Made by a program: the position numbers and the translations under genes. From Candidatus Poribacteria bacterium (GTDB lineage: Bacteria; Poribacteria; WGA-4E; WGA-3G), in NCBI GenBank assembly GCA_965215265.1, contig OZ244048.1:2240001-2304000 (forward strand): a stretch of 64,000 bases of DNA, read 5' to 3'. Shown in pieces: positions 40,319 to 50,483 of the stretch; within the stretch, counting starts at the first letter, position 1; each line of letters opens with the position of its first letter. Under the pieces are notes generated by a model. That model had not been told where the DNA came from. It saw only the letters and a list, made by a program, of their open reading frames with translations, and made no database searches.

Positions 40319-40351
40319 TTATTATGAGAAGTGAAGCGCCTAAGCAGATAG

Positions 40352-41671
40352 ATGAGGCAAACTACCGCACCAGAGACATCCAAACAAACACAAAGCAAAC
40401 GGCAGTTTTGGGACCCTTTCTTCAAAGAGTTCCTCGCGCTGCTGTTCTCTGACCTGGGTGCCTCTATCCAGACAGAGATAGAAGTGAACCGGTTGCCGCA
40501 GCGTATAGATGCACTCGCTCTCCTCGAAAGCGCCGCAGCCCGCGCGAGAGTGCGTGCGAATCCGCTGCTCTCTTACTTACGCACGCATAATCTGTTCGAA
40601 TTCAAAGGGCAGAACGACCCGTTGAATGAATCGGCGTATCACCGGATTTGTATGCGTGCGCGTGGTTATTTGGCAGATAAGCAGGTGCCTGCAACCGAGT
40701 TAACCCTGACGATAGTGTCGTCTCGGAAGCCGCGGGCACTGCTCTCCCGTCCGCCTTTTGGGGAGCCGTGGGAGCCATTGGCGGCAGGGCATTATCGGTT
40801 GATGGATGGCGTGCCGGTGCATCTGTTGGTTTGTAATGAAGTGGAGTTGGTTGAGCCGAATTATTGGTTGCTGCTGTTTGCGTCGTCGCGGAAACAGTTT
40901 CGTGCGTTCCTGCGGCGTGTGATAACAGAAGAGAATAAGTTATATTTTGACTCCGCGTTGTATTTGCAGCCGGAAGTCACGGAGGAGGTTTGTGAAATGG
41001 AAGGACATCAAGATTTCTTTCAGAGTCGTCTTCGCGAAGTTGCGACGACTTTGGGTCCGAAGCTGCTGTCGGCGCTGACATCGGAGGAGCGTGCGGACAT
41101 GCTGTCCCGCTTGAGTCCTCAAGACCGGGCGGATCTGCTCGCACGGCTGCCCGCTGAAGACCGGGCGGACATGTTAGCAAGGCTATCTGCGGCAGAACGT
41201 GCGGATATGTTGGCGAGTTTACCCGCGGCAGAACGTGCGGATATGTTGGCGAGTCTACCCGCGGCAGAACGTGCGGATATGTTGGCGAGTTTACCCGCGG
41301 CAGAGCGTGCGGATATGTTGGCGAGTTTACCGGTTGCGGAGCGTGCGGATATGTTGGCGAGTTTACCCGCGGCAGAACGTGCGGATATGTTGGCGAGTTT
41401 ACCCGCGGCAGAACGTGCGGATATGTTGGCGAGTCTACCCGCGGCAGAACGTGCGGATATGTTAGCACGGCTGCCCGCTGAAGCCCGCACGGACATGCTG
41501 GTCCGCTTGAGCCCTCAAGAACGGGCCGATATGTTAGCACGCCTGAGTCCCGATGAGCGCGTCAAAGGACTCAGCCCCGATGAGCGGTTAGCCGGACTTC
41601 ATTTATCTCCGGCGGTGCGTGCCGAACTCGTGCGGCAGCTGGAGACAGCTGACAATGGGACTGACACGTAA
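40352..41671 (+). CDS. Rpn-like PD-(D/E)XK nuclease-fold protein with 13 C-terminal 12-aa repeats
   Basis: WDPFFK...EIEV...RID...NLFEFKG; internal GGAGGAGG + ATG (40997); AERADMLASLP repeats. Confidence 0.75.
   Translation: MRQTTAPETSKQTQSKRQFWDPFFKEFLALLFSDLGASIQTEIEVNRLPQRIDALALLESAAARARVRANPLLSYLRTHNLFEFKGQNDPLNESAYHRICMRARGYLADKQVPATELTLTIVSSRKPRALLSRPPFGEPWEPLAAGHYRLMDGVPVHLLVCNEVELVEPNYWLLLFASSRKQFRAFLRRVITEENKLYFDSALYLQPEVTEEVCEMEGHQDFFQSRLREVATTLGPKLLSALTSEERADMLSRLSPQDRADLLARLPAEDRADMLARLSAAERADMLASLPAAERADMLASLPAAERADMLASLPAAERADMLASLPVAERADMLASLPAAERADMLASLPAAERADMLASLPAAERADMLARLPAEARTDMLVRLSPQERADMLARLSPDERVKGLSPDERLAGLHLSPAVRAELVRQLETADNGTDT
41081..41548 (+). repeat. Coding tandem repeat, 36-bp unit x13
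   Basis: Consensus gcggcagaacgtgcggatatgttggcgagtttaccc; central units near-identical. Confidence 0.92.
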
Positions 41672-41820
41672 CATCACGGAGAGCCACCGTCCCGTGATAC
41701 TCGAATGCGGCAAGGATGACAAAACCGTCATCAGTTGAACAACCGGATCTGAGTTCAACAACGCAGGACCCAACAGCCGCCGTGGCGATGCTCGGAAACG
41801 CCGGGGGGGCTGCAGATGCC

Positions 41821-41970
41821 GCAGACAACGCGGTTGATCGGACATCTGAGTGCAGACGGAAAACTTACCGAACGGTGGGCGACGCTCAAATCGGAAGAGT
41901 AAACCCACTGACATTTAGTCTAACTCACCTCACCAGGGGCAGCAACCTTCGAGGAGCTGCCCCCTGGTTT
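41821..41970 (+). repeat. ~145-bp direct repeat ending in a terminator (copy at 43121-43270; diverged partial copy at ~40135-40230)
   Basis: gcagacaacgcggttgatcgg...caggggcagcaaccttcg.ggagctgcccc nearly identical 1300 bp apart. Confidence 0.88.
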
Positions 41971-42089
41971 TTTTGTTTTCAGAGAAGCACCGAGGCCGCC
42001 TTGAGAAGCGAAATCTGGAGACGGCCTTGACAAAATAATAGGGAGGCTGCTATACTTTATTATGAGAAGTGGAGCGCCTAAGCAGATAG

Positions 42090-43121
42090 ATGCGGCAAAC
42101 GACAGCATCGGATACATCTAAAGAAACACAAAGGAAACGGAAACTCTGGGACCCTTTCTTCAAAGAGTTCCTCGCCCTGCCCTTCTCTGGGCTGGGTGCC
42201 TCTATCCAGACAGAGATAGAAGTGAACCGGTTGCCGCAGCGTATAGATGCACTCGCTCTCCTCGACAGTGCCGCAGCCCGCGCGAGAGTGCGTGCCAACC
42301 CGCTGCTCTCTTACTTACGCACGTATAATCTGTTCGAGTTCAAAGGGCAGAACGACCCGTTGAATGCCTCTGCGTATCACCGGATTTGCATGCGTGCGCG
42401 TGGTTATCTGGCAGATAAGCAGGTGCCTGCAACCGAGTTAACCCTGACGATAGTGTCGTCTCGGAAGCCGCGGGTGCTGCTATCCCGTCCGCCTTTTGAG
42501 GAGCCGTGGGAGCCATTGGCGGCGGGGCATTATCGGGTGATGGATGGCGTGCCGGTGCATCTATTGGTTTGTAATGAAGTGGAGTTGGTTGAGCCGAATT
42601 ATTGGTTGCTGCTGTTTGCGTCGTCGCGGAAACAGTTTCGTGCGTTCCTGCGGCGTGTGATAACAGAAGAGAATAAGTTATATTTTGACTCCGCGTTGTA
42701 TTTGCAGCCGGAAGTCACGGAGGAGGTTTGTGAAATGGAAGGACATCAAGATTTCTTTCAGAGTCGTCTTCGCGAAGTTGCGACGACTTTAGGTCCGAAG
42801 CTGCTGTCTGCGCTGACTACGTCGGATAAGCTGTCTCTGTTGAATGCGATGCCCGCGGCAGAGCGTGCGGATATGTTGGCGAGTCTACCGGTTGCAGAGC
42901 GTGCGGATATGTTGGCGAGTCTACCGGTTGCAGAGCGTGCGGATATGTTGGCGAGTCTACCGGTTGCAGAGCGTGCGGATATGTTAGCACGCCTGAGTCC
43001 CGATGAGCGCGTCAAGGCATTTCAGAGTTTGTCGCCGGCGGAGATTCAGAATTTATCTCCGGCGGTGCGCGCAGAGCTCGTCCGGCAGCTGGAGGCAGCT
43101 GACAACCACACCGACACGTAG
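42090..43121 (+). CDS. Rpn-like PD-(D/E)XK protein, tandem paralog with 4 C-terminal repeats
   Basis: N-domain near-identical to 40352..41671; internal GGAGGAGG + ATG (42735). Confidence 0.75.
   Translation: MRQTTASDTSKETQRKRKLWDPFFKEFLALPFSGLGASIQTEIEVNRLPQRIDALALLDSAAARARVRANPLLSYLRTYNLFEFKGQNDPLNASAYHRICMRARGYLADKQVPATELTLTIVSSRKPRVLLSRPPFEEPWEPLAAGHYRVMDGVPVHLLVCNEVELVEPNYWLLLFASSRKQFRAFLRRVITEENKLYFDSALYLQPEVTEEVCEMEGHQDFFQSRLREVATTLGPKLLSALTTSDKLSLLNAMPAAERADMLASLPVAERADMLASLPVAERADMLASLPVAERADMLARLSPDERVKAFQSLSPAEIQNLSPAVRAELVRQLEAADNHTDT
42855..42998 (+). repeat. Coding tandem repeat, 36-bp unit x4
   Basis: gttgcagagcgtgcggatatgttggcgagtctaccg units. Confidence 0.9.
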
Positions 43122-43270
43122 CAGACAACGCGGTTGATCGGACATCTGAGTGCAGACGGAAAACTTACCGAACGGTGGGCGACACTCAAATCGGAAGAGT
43201 AAACCCACTGACATTTAGTCTAACTCACCTCACCAGGGGCAGCAACCTTCGGGGAGCTGCCCCTATTTTT

Positions 43271-43810
43271 TTATGATTGACTCACGGATTTCGGGGGTTG
43301 AGCGGGGATGCGGATGTGTTTTTTTTCATTTGCATGCACTGAGGCGATAACGTCACGGATATCTGCTGCGCTTTCCCGTTGATATGCGAGGCAGATTGCG
43401 TGCGTTGTTGCCTGCGCACCTTTGATTCCTTCAGGATGATTATGGGTGATGGCAGTCACTTTATGAGCGGCTTTAAGGGCTGCATCTAAGTTTTCGCGGT
43501 TCAGAAAGGCTGCAGGTGAAACCCGCATCGCTGCCCCATTGCCATAACTGTTGTAGGGTTGCGGTTCTTCAGAATAAATCCAACGCCGAAATTTCCCGCC
43601 GTAGCCGTGGTGCGGATATCGCCGGCACCATTTTTGCATCGTCTCCGCCGGTGGGCGATTATGCAGTAGCATCTCCGCCACGGCTGCGGTACAAACAGAA
43701 TCGTCTGTCAAACGGCAAAATGTCCCGAAAAACGGAAAATCTTTGGTTTTAATCTGGTATCGTCTTCTTTCGTACATGGAGCCTACAATACCGCCAATAA
43801 TCGTGCCTAA
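43271..43810 (-). pseudogene. Truncated ADP-ribosylglycohydrolase family gene
   Basis: LGTIIGGIVGSMYE...TDDSV...SYGNGAAMRVSP...THNHPEG; start lost (upstream in-frame TGA) and C-terminal half missing. Confidence 0.75.
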
Positions 43811-43988
43811 TCAGTTTCACACGCAGGCGGGTCAAGCCAGTCTCTATCTGAGTGTTTTAGGAAGGGAGGGGGTTGCACATTCCCCCTTGATTCAAGCACC
43901 TGAACGCTTCAGCATACAAAAAGCCTCTGGCGAGATGGGCACAGAAACACCATCGTAAAGCACGCCTGAACGCTTCAGGAGCCAAAAA

Positions 43989-45896
43989 TCACCAACTCAG
44001 ATAAACCACACGAAACTCAAAGATTAAGCCGACAATACTAATCACGGATGCGACAATCACATCGCCGATGACGAGCCCGATGAAGAACGGAATGGCGCGT
44101 CGATACAACCGCACGCCGCCCGTGGAGAGGAGGATGCGCTTGATCGTCCAACTGATGAGTAACGGGAACCAAAGTCCGGTAAATGTCCACCAACTTGAGA
44201 CGACGTATCCAACCGGGTGCAAGGGCCATTGAATAAATCGCCAGCGCAACAGTAGGAGGCTCACAGCGAAAACAAATCCACCTGCGGTATAGAACAGACC
44301 ACTGATGCTTGTTTCACTAGGGTTATAGAGCCATCCGGCGAGTCGATTAAAAGCTGCGCGTGCATACCACGAGCGTGCTTGTTCTAAGCCAACTTGATAG
44401 GAGAGATGCAAATGTCCCCAGGCAGCGGACAGCGCGCCTATGAAAATTGCGATGGCTAATACCGCCAGCAGATGTGTCGTATTAAAGCGTGTCTGATGCG
44501 CGAGTTTGAGTGCCTCCAATTGATGCGGCATCGGATGCGCCCGGTAAGAGAGGTGGTTCAGCCAGAAAAAGAGGGACATCACCGAAAGATTTCGATTCCC
44601 GATGCGGCGCGTGCCGAATGCATCCGTCAAAAGCAAGTCGGGGCCAGCATTGTAAAGGTCGTGCGCCGGGGGTCCCAATTCGGCACGAATCCGGGTGACC
44701 GTCATGGACATCGCAAAGTACAGGGCGAAAAATAGGAATGCAAACCAGACAGACATGCCTGCCCTGACGCAGAAACCCAAAATTAAGAGAAATCCGAGTA
44801 GTACGCCGACCGCCGCGGTTTTATACCGTAAAGCCTCGTCACTATCATCTGCCGCAGTTTTGCTGCGGAACACCGCCCGGAAGACTACGCGGATATAAGC
44901 ACGTGCCATCCACACCGTCCAGAGGAACAACCCGAGCCAAACGCCTCGGATTTGTGCCATTTCACGCGGGAATCCGATTGCACTTCTCCATCCGAAACTC
45001 TCGCCAACAATCCGTTGAAAGTGCCAAAAGAGATGAAAGAACCAGCATGAAAACCCAAGATCAAGCGGTATCAGGAAACCGACACCGATGGCAAACGGAA
45101 AAAAACTGATGCGGAAGCCGGGGTTGTTCATCGCGCTCCACGGTTTTTCGGCGAGACGGAAACTGTGGTAGAGCGGAATTGCTGGAAAAACCGGATTGAT
45201 CTGGTGTAAACTATAGAGAAGGTTCAACACAGCAGCGATGCTTAATCCGACTGCCATCATCCGACGGTTAAAAAAGATGCGCACCCCTTGCGTGATTTCA
45301 TAAGGGAGCTGTGCAATCGGGTAGGTGAGCCGTTCATGCTCCTGCCACTGCTTGCGTAAAAGCACATTGAGGCAGAGCATTGTGATACCGATGACGAGGC
45401 AGAACCCTATCCATATCAGTGTCGGCATCAGCCATGTCTGGATGTGGAGCGGGAGATAAAAGGTGGATTCACCCTCATAGAAGCCTCGTAGTACCTCCGG
45501 TTTACTGACAATCAGCCATGGTGGAAGATGCTGATGGAACAGCTGTGCCCATTCGTTTTCCGCGGTGGCATACCAAAAACCGTTCCCTAACAACGGAATC
45601 AGCACTTGTAGCATGTCGCGTCCGGCGAAAACAGACGCTTGACACAGCATAGCATAGATAGTGAGCAATTCAGTTTGTGTCAATGCTAAACTCGGGCGAA
45701 ACCGACGCAGCATGGTACTCAGTGCAATGAGCACCAGCAGTGTAAATAAAACATTGAACAGTAACGCTAAACTGGTAGGACGGTTGGAATCCCAAATGTA
45801 ACTTAGATGCAGAATCCAGTAACTATTAAAAGGGATAAGGACGGTGCCGATCAGTGTTGCACGTAGGGTGATAGGGCACCGCGGAATTGATTTCAT
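43989..45896 (-). CDS. Large polytopic membrane protein (putative peptide-transporter-like family)
   Basis: Many TM helices; QWQEHERLTYPI, RIRAELGPP, WPLHPVGY. Confidence 0.75.
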   Translation of the reverse strand: MKSIPRCPITLRATLIGTVLIPFNSYWILHLSYIWDSNRPTSLALLFNVLFTLLVLIALSTMLRRFRPSLALTQTELLTIYAMLCQASVFAGRDMLQVLIPLLGNGFWYATAENEWAQLFHQHLPPWLIVSKPEVLRGFYEGESTFYLPLHIQTWLMPTLIWIGFCLVIGITMLCLNVLLRKQWQEHERLTYPIAQLPYEITQGVRIFFNRRMMAVGLSIAAVLNLLYSLHQINPVFPAIPLYHSFRLAEKPWSAMNNPGFRISFFPFAIGVGFLIPLDLGFSCWFFHLFWHFQRIVGESFGWRSAIGFPREMAQIRGVWLGLFLWTVWMARAYIRVVFRAVFRSKTAADDSDEALRYKTAAVGVLLGFLLILGFCVRAGMSVWFAFLFFALYFAMSMTVTRIRAELGPPAHDLYNAGPDLLLTDAFGTRRIGNRNLSVMSLFFWLNHLSYRAHPMPHQLEALKLAHQTRFNTTHLLAVLAIAIFIGALSAAWGHLHLSYQVGLEQARSWYARAAFNRLAGWLYNPSETSISGLFYTAGGFVFAVSLLLLRWRFIQWPLHPVGYVVSSWWTFTGLWFPLLISWTIKRILLSTGGVRLYRRAIPFFIGLVIGDVIVASVISIVGLIFEFRVVYLSW

Positions 45897-45909
45897 AAAA
45901 GGAAAAGAT

Positions 45910-46131
45910 ATGGTAGCCGTCGTATTCGGTTTTGTTGTATTGATTATTATAGGTGGCGGTATGCTGCTTGCGCGTTTGGTAACCTATGCAAAATCCAAAA
46001 ATTCTTGGATATGGGGTGCATTTCTTCTCATCCTACTCATCTGCGTTCCGATTTTTCTCTTAGGTATCGGCGCGTTGCTTCTGATGTGGTTGCTTAATCC
46101 ACCCAGTGGCTTCGGACCTTTTGGAAATTAA
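45910..46131 (+). CDS. Small two-TM membrane protein
   Basis: 73 aa, two hydrophobic helices, RBS-like aagga. Confidence 0.5.
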   Translation: MVAVVFGFVVLIIIGGGMLLARLVTYAKSKNSWIWGAFLLILLICVPIFLLGIGALLLMWLLNPPSGFGPFGN

Positions 46132-46221
46132 CAAGGCGCATGCTATATCCTCCGCGAAAAGCCGGGGTGTGAGTGCCTTCTGAGCGTTCTCGTAGATTGC
46201 ATGTTGAAACGAGAAAAGGTC

Positions 46222-46920
46222 TTAGTATGGGGCCGGTTCATCTGTTGTAGCTGTTGGTTGCGCGGGCGTGCCCTTGCCGGCGATGCGGAGAAACCATACG
46301 GTTAGCCCAACTGCGATGACAATCCAAATAATGCCCCAGATGAGGGTGTCGATGCCTGTGATTTCAGAAAGCATCCGTGCATCCGAACGGAGATGTGTCC
46401 GATCTAATACATCGCTCTTTATGTCCAGAATCGCATAGAGACAACTCGTTACACCTATTATGCGTAATATCCAGTCGTTGATAGATTCCGGAAGAAATAG
46501 CCCAATTGCGATCAGCACTGTTCCGGAACCGACTCCAAAAACGTAAGTAAACGCTCCCTCACCCAAACCGATCGAGATAATCACCATCCCGACACCGATA
46601 AGTACGCTAATCGCCTTGTCAAGACGTGTTCTTGCTGCTAAAACTAGAATGAGTCCCCCGCAGATGAGGCTGCCCAAGTACCCGGCACTCAACGTCCAAA
46701 AACGAGAACCGCCTTGTGTGAGGGCGTGCCCGCCTTGTTGTGTACTAACCTGAATTTCGATAATCCTGCCGCCTGTTACAATTGCGGCAAGCCCATGGCT
46801 GACCTCGTGCATAAACACAACAAAAATTTTAAGTGGGTACATAAAAGGAGTGCTCCACAATAGTCCAATGCCGATAAAAATTAAAAAGAGGGCAATATAA
46901 CGTTTAAAAAAGATTAACAT
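46222..46920 (-). CDS. M50B-like membrane metallopeptidase
   Basis: HEVSH (HExxH), SAGYLG, SDA. Confidence 0.82.
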   Translation of the reverse strand: MLIFFKRYIALFLIFIGIGLLWSTPFMYPLKIFVVFMHEVSHGLAAIVTGGRIIEIQVSTQQGGHALTQGGSRFWTLSAGYLGSLICGGLILVLAARTRLDKAISVLIGVGMVIISIGLGEGAFTYVFGVGSGTVLIAIGLFLPESINDWILRIIGVTSCLYAILDIKSDVLDRTHLRSDARMLSEITGIDTLIWGIIWIVIAVGLTVWFLRIAGKGTPAQPTATTDEPAPY

Positions 46921-47084
46921 AATTTCTCTTGAGTCTATCGGTAAGGCGAAGTCGATAGTATAGCGTGCAGTCGCCTTCAGCAAAATTTCACTTGCATCTT
47001 AATTCGGGAATCTGTTATAGTATACTATATCATTGGATCAATTAGCAAATTAAAAAAAACCGTATCGCTTTAATCGACAAAAAC

Positions 47085-48158
47085 ATGAACACGTTCGGAC
47101 ACCTTTTTCGGATAACGACCTGGGGCGAATCGCATGGTGGTGCGGTTGGTGTAGTCGTTGATGGCTGTCCCCCGCAGCTTGCGGTGGACATTTCGGCAAT
47201 ACAATTTGAATTGAATCGGCGGAAGCCTGGCCAGAGTCATCTCACCACGCCGCGCCAAGAGGGCGATGTGGTTGAGATTCTGTCGGGTGTGTTTGAAGGG
47301 AAAACGCTGGGCACGCCTATCTCAATGTTGGTATGGAATAAGAACGCACGGCCGTCCGAATACGAACACCTGAGAAACGTATACCGTCCGTCGCACGCAG
47401 ATTTTACGTATCAGCAGAAATACGGTATTCGGAATTGGCAGGGCGGTGGCAGGGCGAGCGCACGCGAGACCATCGGACGCGTTGCTGCAGGGGCGATTGC
47501 AAAACAGTTCTTACGGGAGCAGTGTGGTATAGAGATTCTCGCCTATGTCAAACAGATTCATACACTGATAGCAGACGTTGACAAGAACGCTGTGACGCTT
47601 GAGCAGATCGAAAGCAGTCCGGTGCGATGCCCTGATACGCGGATGAGTTCAAAGATGGCGGAACGTATCGATCAGGCGCGTCGAGACAGGGACTCACTCG
47701 GCGGTGTGATTGAGTCTGTCACACGCAACGTTCCGGTTGGACTCGGCGAACCGGTCTTTGACAAACTGAAGGCAGATTTGGCAAAAGGGATGATGTCCCT
47801 TCCTGCAACGATGGGATTTCAAATCGGCTCCGGGTTTGATGGTGTTACAATGAGCGGTGCTGAACACAACGATGCGTTTTACCGAGAGGATGGCCGTATC
47901 CGCACACGCACGAATAATTCTGGCGGGACACAAGGGGGCATTTCAAACGGCGAGAATATCGTGTTTCAGGTTGCGTTCAAGCCGACTGCCACGATCGGGA
48001 AAGAACAAGAGACGGTCGATGTTGACGGGAATCCGGTGACGTTAGCGGCGAGTGGGCGGCATGACCCGTGTGTGTTAGTCCGGGCACCTGCCATTGTAGA
48101 GGCAATGGCGGCACTGGTCCTAACCGACCATCTCCTTCGCCAGCGGGCGAAGACGTAG
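47085..48158 (+). CDS. aroC: Chorismate synthase
   Basis: [39 protein letters not shown]. Confidence 0.96.
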   Translation: MNTFGHLFRITTWGESHGGAVGVVVDGCPPQLAVDISAIQFELNRRKPGQSHLTTPRQEGDVVEILSGVFEGKTLGTPISMLVWNKNARPSEYEHLRNVYRPSHADFTYQQKYGIRNWQGGGRASARETIGRVAAGAIAKQFLREQCGIEILAYVKQIHTLIADVDKNAVTLEQIESSPVRCPDTRMSSKMAERIDQARRDRDSLGGVIESVTRNVPVGLGEPVFDKLKADLAKGMMSLPATMGFQIGSGFDGVTMSGAEHNDAFYREDGRIRTRTNNSGGTQGGISNGENIVFQVAFKPTATIGKEQETVDVDGNPVTLAASGRHDPCVLVRAPAIVEAMAALVLTDHLLRQRAKT

Positions 48159-48489
48159 CTAGACCTATTTTTGTGGTATCCAACTCTGGGATTGGACACC
48201 TGCTTGCATACACAGAGAAAACCGGTGGCTCAATTATGACAATTTACTTCCTCGTGTTGCCGGAGACGACAACAGCTGCGGAAGCGACCTGTGACGAAAC
48301 CGCATACGCCGCTTGAAAATTTGATGACAACGCACGTTTATACGGTTCGGCGTAGATCCGGCTGTCGCGACGGGTCCCTTCGTTACGACGGCGATTGATG
48401 TGCCCGGAATTTTCTGTTCGCAAATTTATTACTTGTTTGACGGTTTTTGTGTGATGGAATTGAGCGGCTTGGGAGGCACGGACAGCTGA

Positions 48490-49473
48490 ATGGCGAGAAC
48501 TTGGAAAATTGAAGCCACGACTTCAGACAAAACGTTTGAAAGCTACGCGCACCGGATCATCGGAGAACAATTCCGCGAGATGATGTTGCATCAAGCCGGT
48601 GCGAAAGTGGGTGCAGATATTGTATATGTGCATGATATGCGGGTGGCCTCCCGTAGATTGCGCGAGGCAATGGACAATTTCGCCTACTGTTTGCCAAAGA
48701 AGCCTTTCAAAGCGTACTACAAGCAGGTAAAGGCGATCACCCGGACGCTCGGGGCTGTTCGTGACCTGGATGTGCTTATTACGCGATTTGAAAAAGCGTT
48801 ACCGGTGCTCTCTAACGTAGAACAGTGTGATGTGCGAGAGTTAATCGCGCATCTCGAACAAAAACGAGAAGTAGCCCGCAAACCGATGTCCGCGTTGTTT
48901 GCCAAACTCGCGGAAGCGGATTTTGAAAAAAAGTTTTTGAGTAGTTTGGCTGCGATTCCTCACGTCAATCCTCATCTAGATGCCGACTCAGAATCGCGCA
49001 AGCCGTCCGAGGCAAAAGCGTGGCGTGAGAACCTTCTTGCCCATGCATGTAGAATTCTCCCTGGCAAAGTTGAGGACGTTTACGTCTGGGAACCTTTTAT
49101 TTATGATGCTTCACGGGGCGAAGAACTCCACAAGATGCGGATTTCAATCAAGCGGCTCCGATATTGTATGGAGTTTTTTGCCAAAATCTATGAGTCTGCA
49201 GAATTTGTCGCAGTTGTTATTGGGTTGCAGCGGCAACTCGGTAGTCTTCACGACTGCGATGTTGTTCTAGACCTCTTAACCGATTACCAAAAAACGCGTT
49301 CGCCTTTTCCACTGCCGGGCATTGCGACGCTCCTTGAACGGACCTGCGCAATGCGGGAAGCGGACTATGAAACCTTTTTGAAAAAATGGCAGCAGCTAGC
49401 AGCAACACAGTTTAAACAGAAATTATTAGCGACGTTTATCTCTAATACCTCACAGAAGGAGGAGGAATCTTAA
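48490..49473 (+). CDS. CHAD domain protein (two CHAD half-repeats)
   Basis: VHDMRVASRRLR...LGAVRDLDV; LHKMRISIKRLRY...LGSLHDCDV. Confidence 0.85.
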   Translation: MARTWKIEATTSDKTFESYAHRIIGEQFREMMLHQAGAKVGADIVYVHDMRVASRRLREAMDNFAYCLPKKPFKAYYKQVKAITRTLGAVRDLDVLITRFEKALPVLSNVEQCDVRELIAHLEQKREVARKPMSALFAKLAEADFEKKFLSSLAAIPHVNPHLDADSESRKPSEAKAWRENLLAHACRILPGKVEDVYVWEPFIYDASRGEELHKMRISIKRLRYCMEFFAKIYESAEFVAVVIGLQRQLGSLHDCDVVLDLLTDYQKTRSPFPLPGIATLLERTCAMREADYETFLKKWQQLAATQFKQKLLATFISNTSQKEEES

Positions 49474-50459
49474 TGGACGGTAACGTGATCGGCGTAGATA
49501 TGGGCGGTACGAAGATTATCGCCTCCGTGGTGAATACAGAAGGCAGACTCTTAGGGAGTGCTAAAATCCCGACGAAAGCCGACAAAGGTACGGAGGTAGT
49601 GCTGGCTCGAATTGCGCAATGTATCCAAAAGGCAGTTGACAAATCCGGGGTTGAGCGTGAATCCATTCAGGCAGTCGGAATTGGTGCGCCGGGCCCACTC
49701 GATCCGGAGACAGGCGTTGTGGTTTTCGCGCCAAACCTCGGATGGACAGACGTTCCACTCAAAACCGAACTTGAAACCCGCGTCCGCATTCCGACCTTCG
49801 TAGACAATGATGTGAACGTTGGCACGCTTGGCGAACACACGTTTGGCGCGGGCAAAGGCATCTCAAATCTCGTTGGGATTTTTGTGGGAACTGGTATCGG
49901 CGGTGGTATCATCATGAATGGGGAGCTCTTTCATGGTGCCAGCAAGACAGCAGGTGAAATCGGGCACATCATTGTCAAAGCCGGCGGTCCGCGGTGTGGA
50001 TGCGGTACGAAAGGTTGCCTAGAAGCACTCGCCAGTCGCACTGCGATAACGAGGCAACTTCAAAAAGCGATCGTGAAGAAGGGAAAAAAAAGTGTACTAT
50101 CAGAACTTACGAATGGGGATCTGAAGCTAATTCGGAGCGGTATCTTAGCGAAAGCGCTGCGCCGCAACGATAAATTAACCGTGAAAGTCTTTAAAAAGGC
50201 GACGAAATATCTCGGAATTGGCATTGCATCTATTGCAAACTTTTTAAATCCGGAGATGATAGTACTCGGCGGCGGTGTTGTTGAGGCACTTGATGAGACA
50301 TTTCTCACGAATATCCAGAAGATTGCAGAGGACTATGCACTGCCGACTACCTTAAGCGGTGTCCAGATAGTCAGAGCTAAACTTGGGGACGATGCGGGCA
50401 TCCTGGGTGCAGCTGCTTTGGCACGGCAACGGCTCAATGCAATCCATAGCACCAATTAG
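49473..50459 (+). CDS. ROK family sugar kinase (glucokinase-like)
   Basis: GVDMGGT, DNDVN, GTGIGGG, GEIGH, CGCG...GCLE. Confidence 0.9.
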   Translation: MDGNVIGVDMGGTKIIASVVNTEGRLLGSAKIPTKADKGTEVVLARIAQCIQKAVDKSGVERESIQAVGIGAPGPLDPETGVVVFAPNLGWTDVPLKTELETRVRIPTFVDNDVNVGTLGEHTFGAGKGISNLVGIFVGTGIGGGIIMNGELFHGASKTAGEIGHIIVKAGGPRCGCGTKGCLEALASRTAITRQLQKAIVKKGKKSVLSELTNGDLKLIRSGILAKALRRNDKLTVKVFKKATKYLGIGIASIANFLNPEMIVLGGGVVEALDETFLTNIQKIAEDYALPTTLSGVQIVRAKLGDDAGILGAAALARQRLNAIHSTN

Positions 50460-50483
50460 ATAGAGGCCAAAAGCACAAATATT

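Noticed and set aside
40324-40452. Leaderless upstream ORF overlapping the Rpn-like gene start
   Set aside because: The ATG is conserved in both copies, but the ORF length is not (it stops at 42121 in copy 2), so there is no support for a conserved peptide
41081-41548. 36-bp tandem repeats as a CRISPR array
   Set aside because: Units are head-to-tail without unique spacers and encode an in-frame 12-aa repeat
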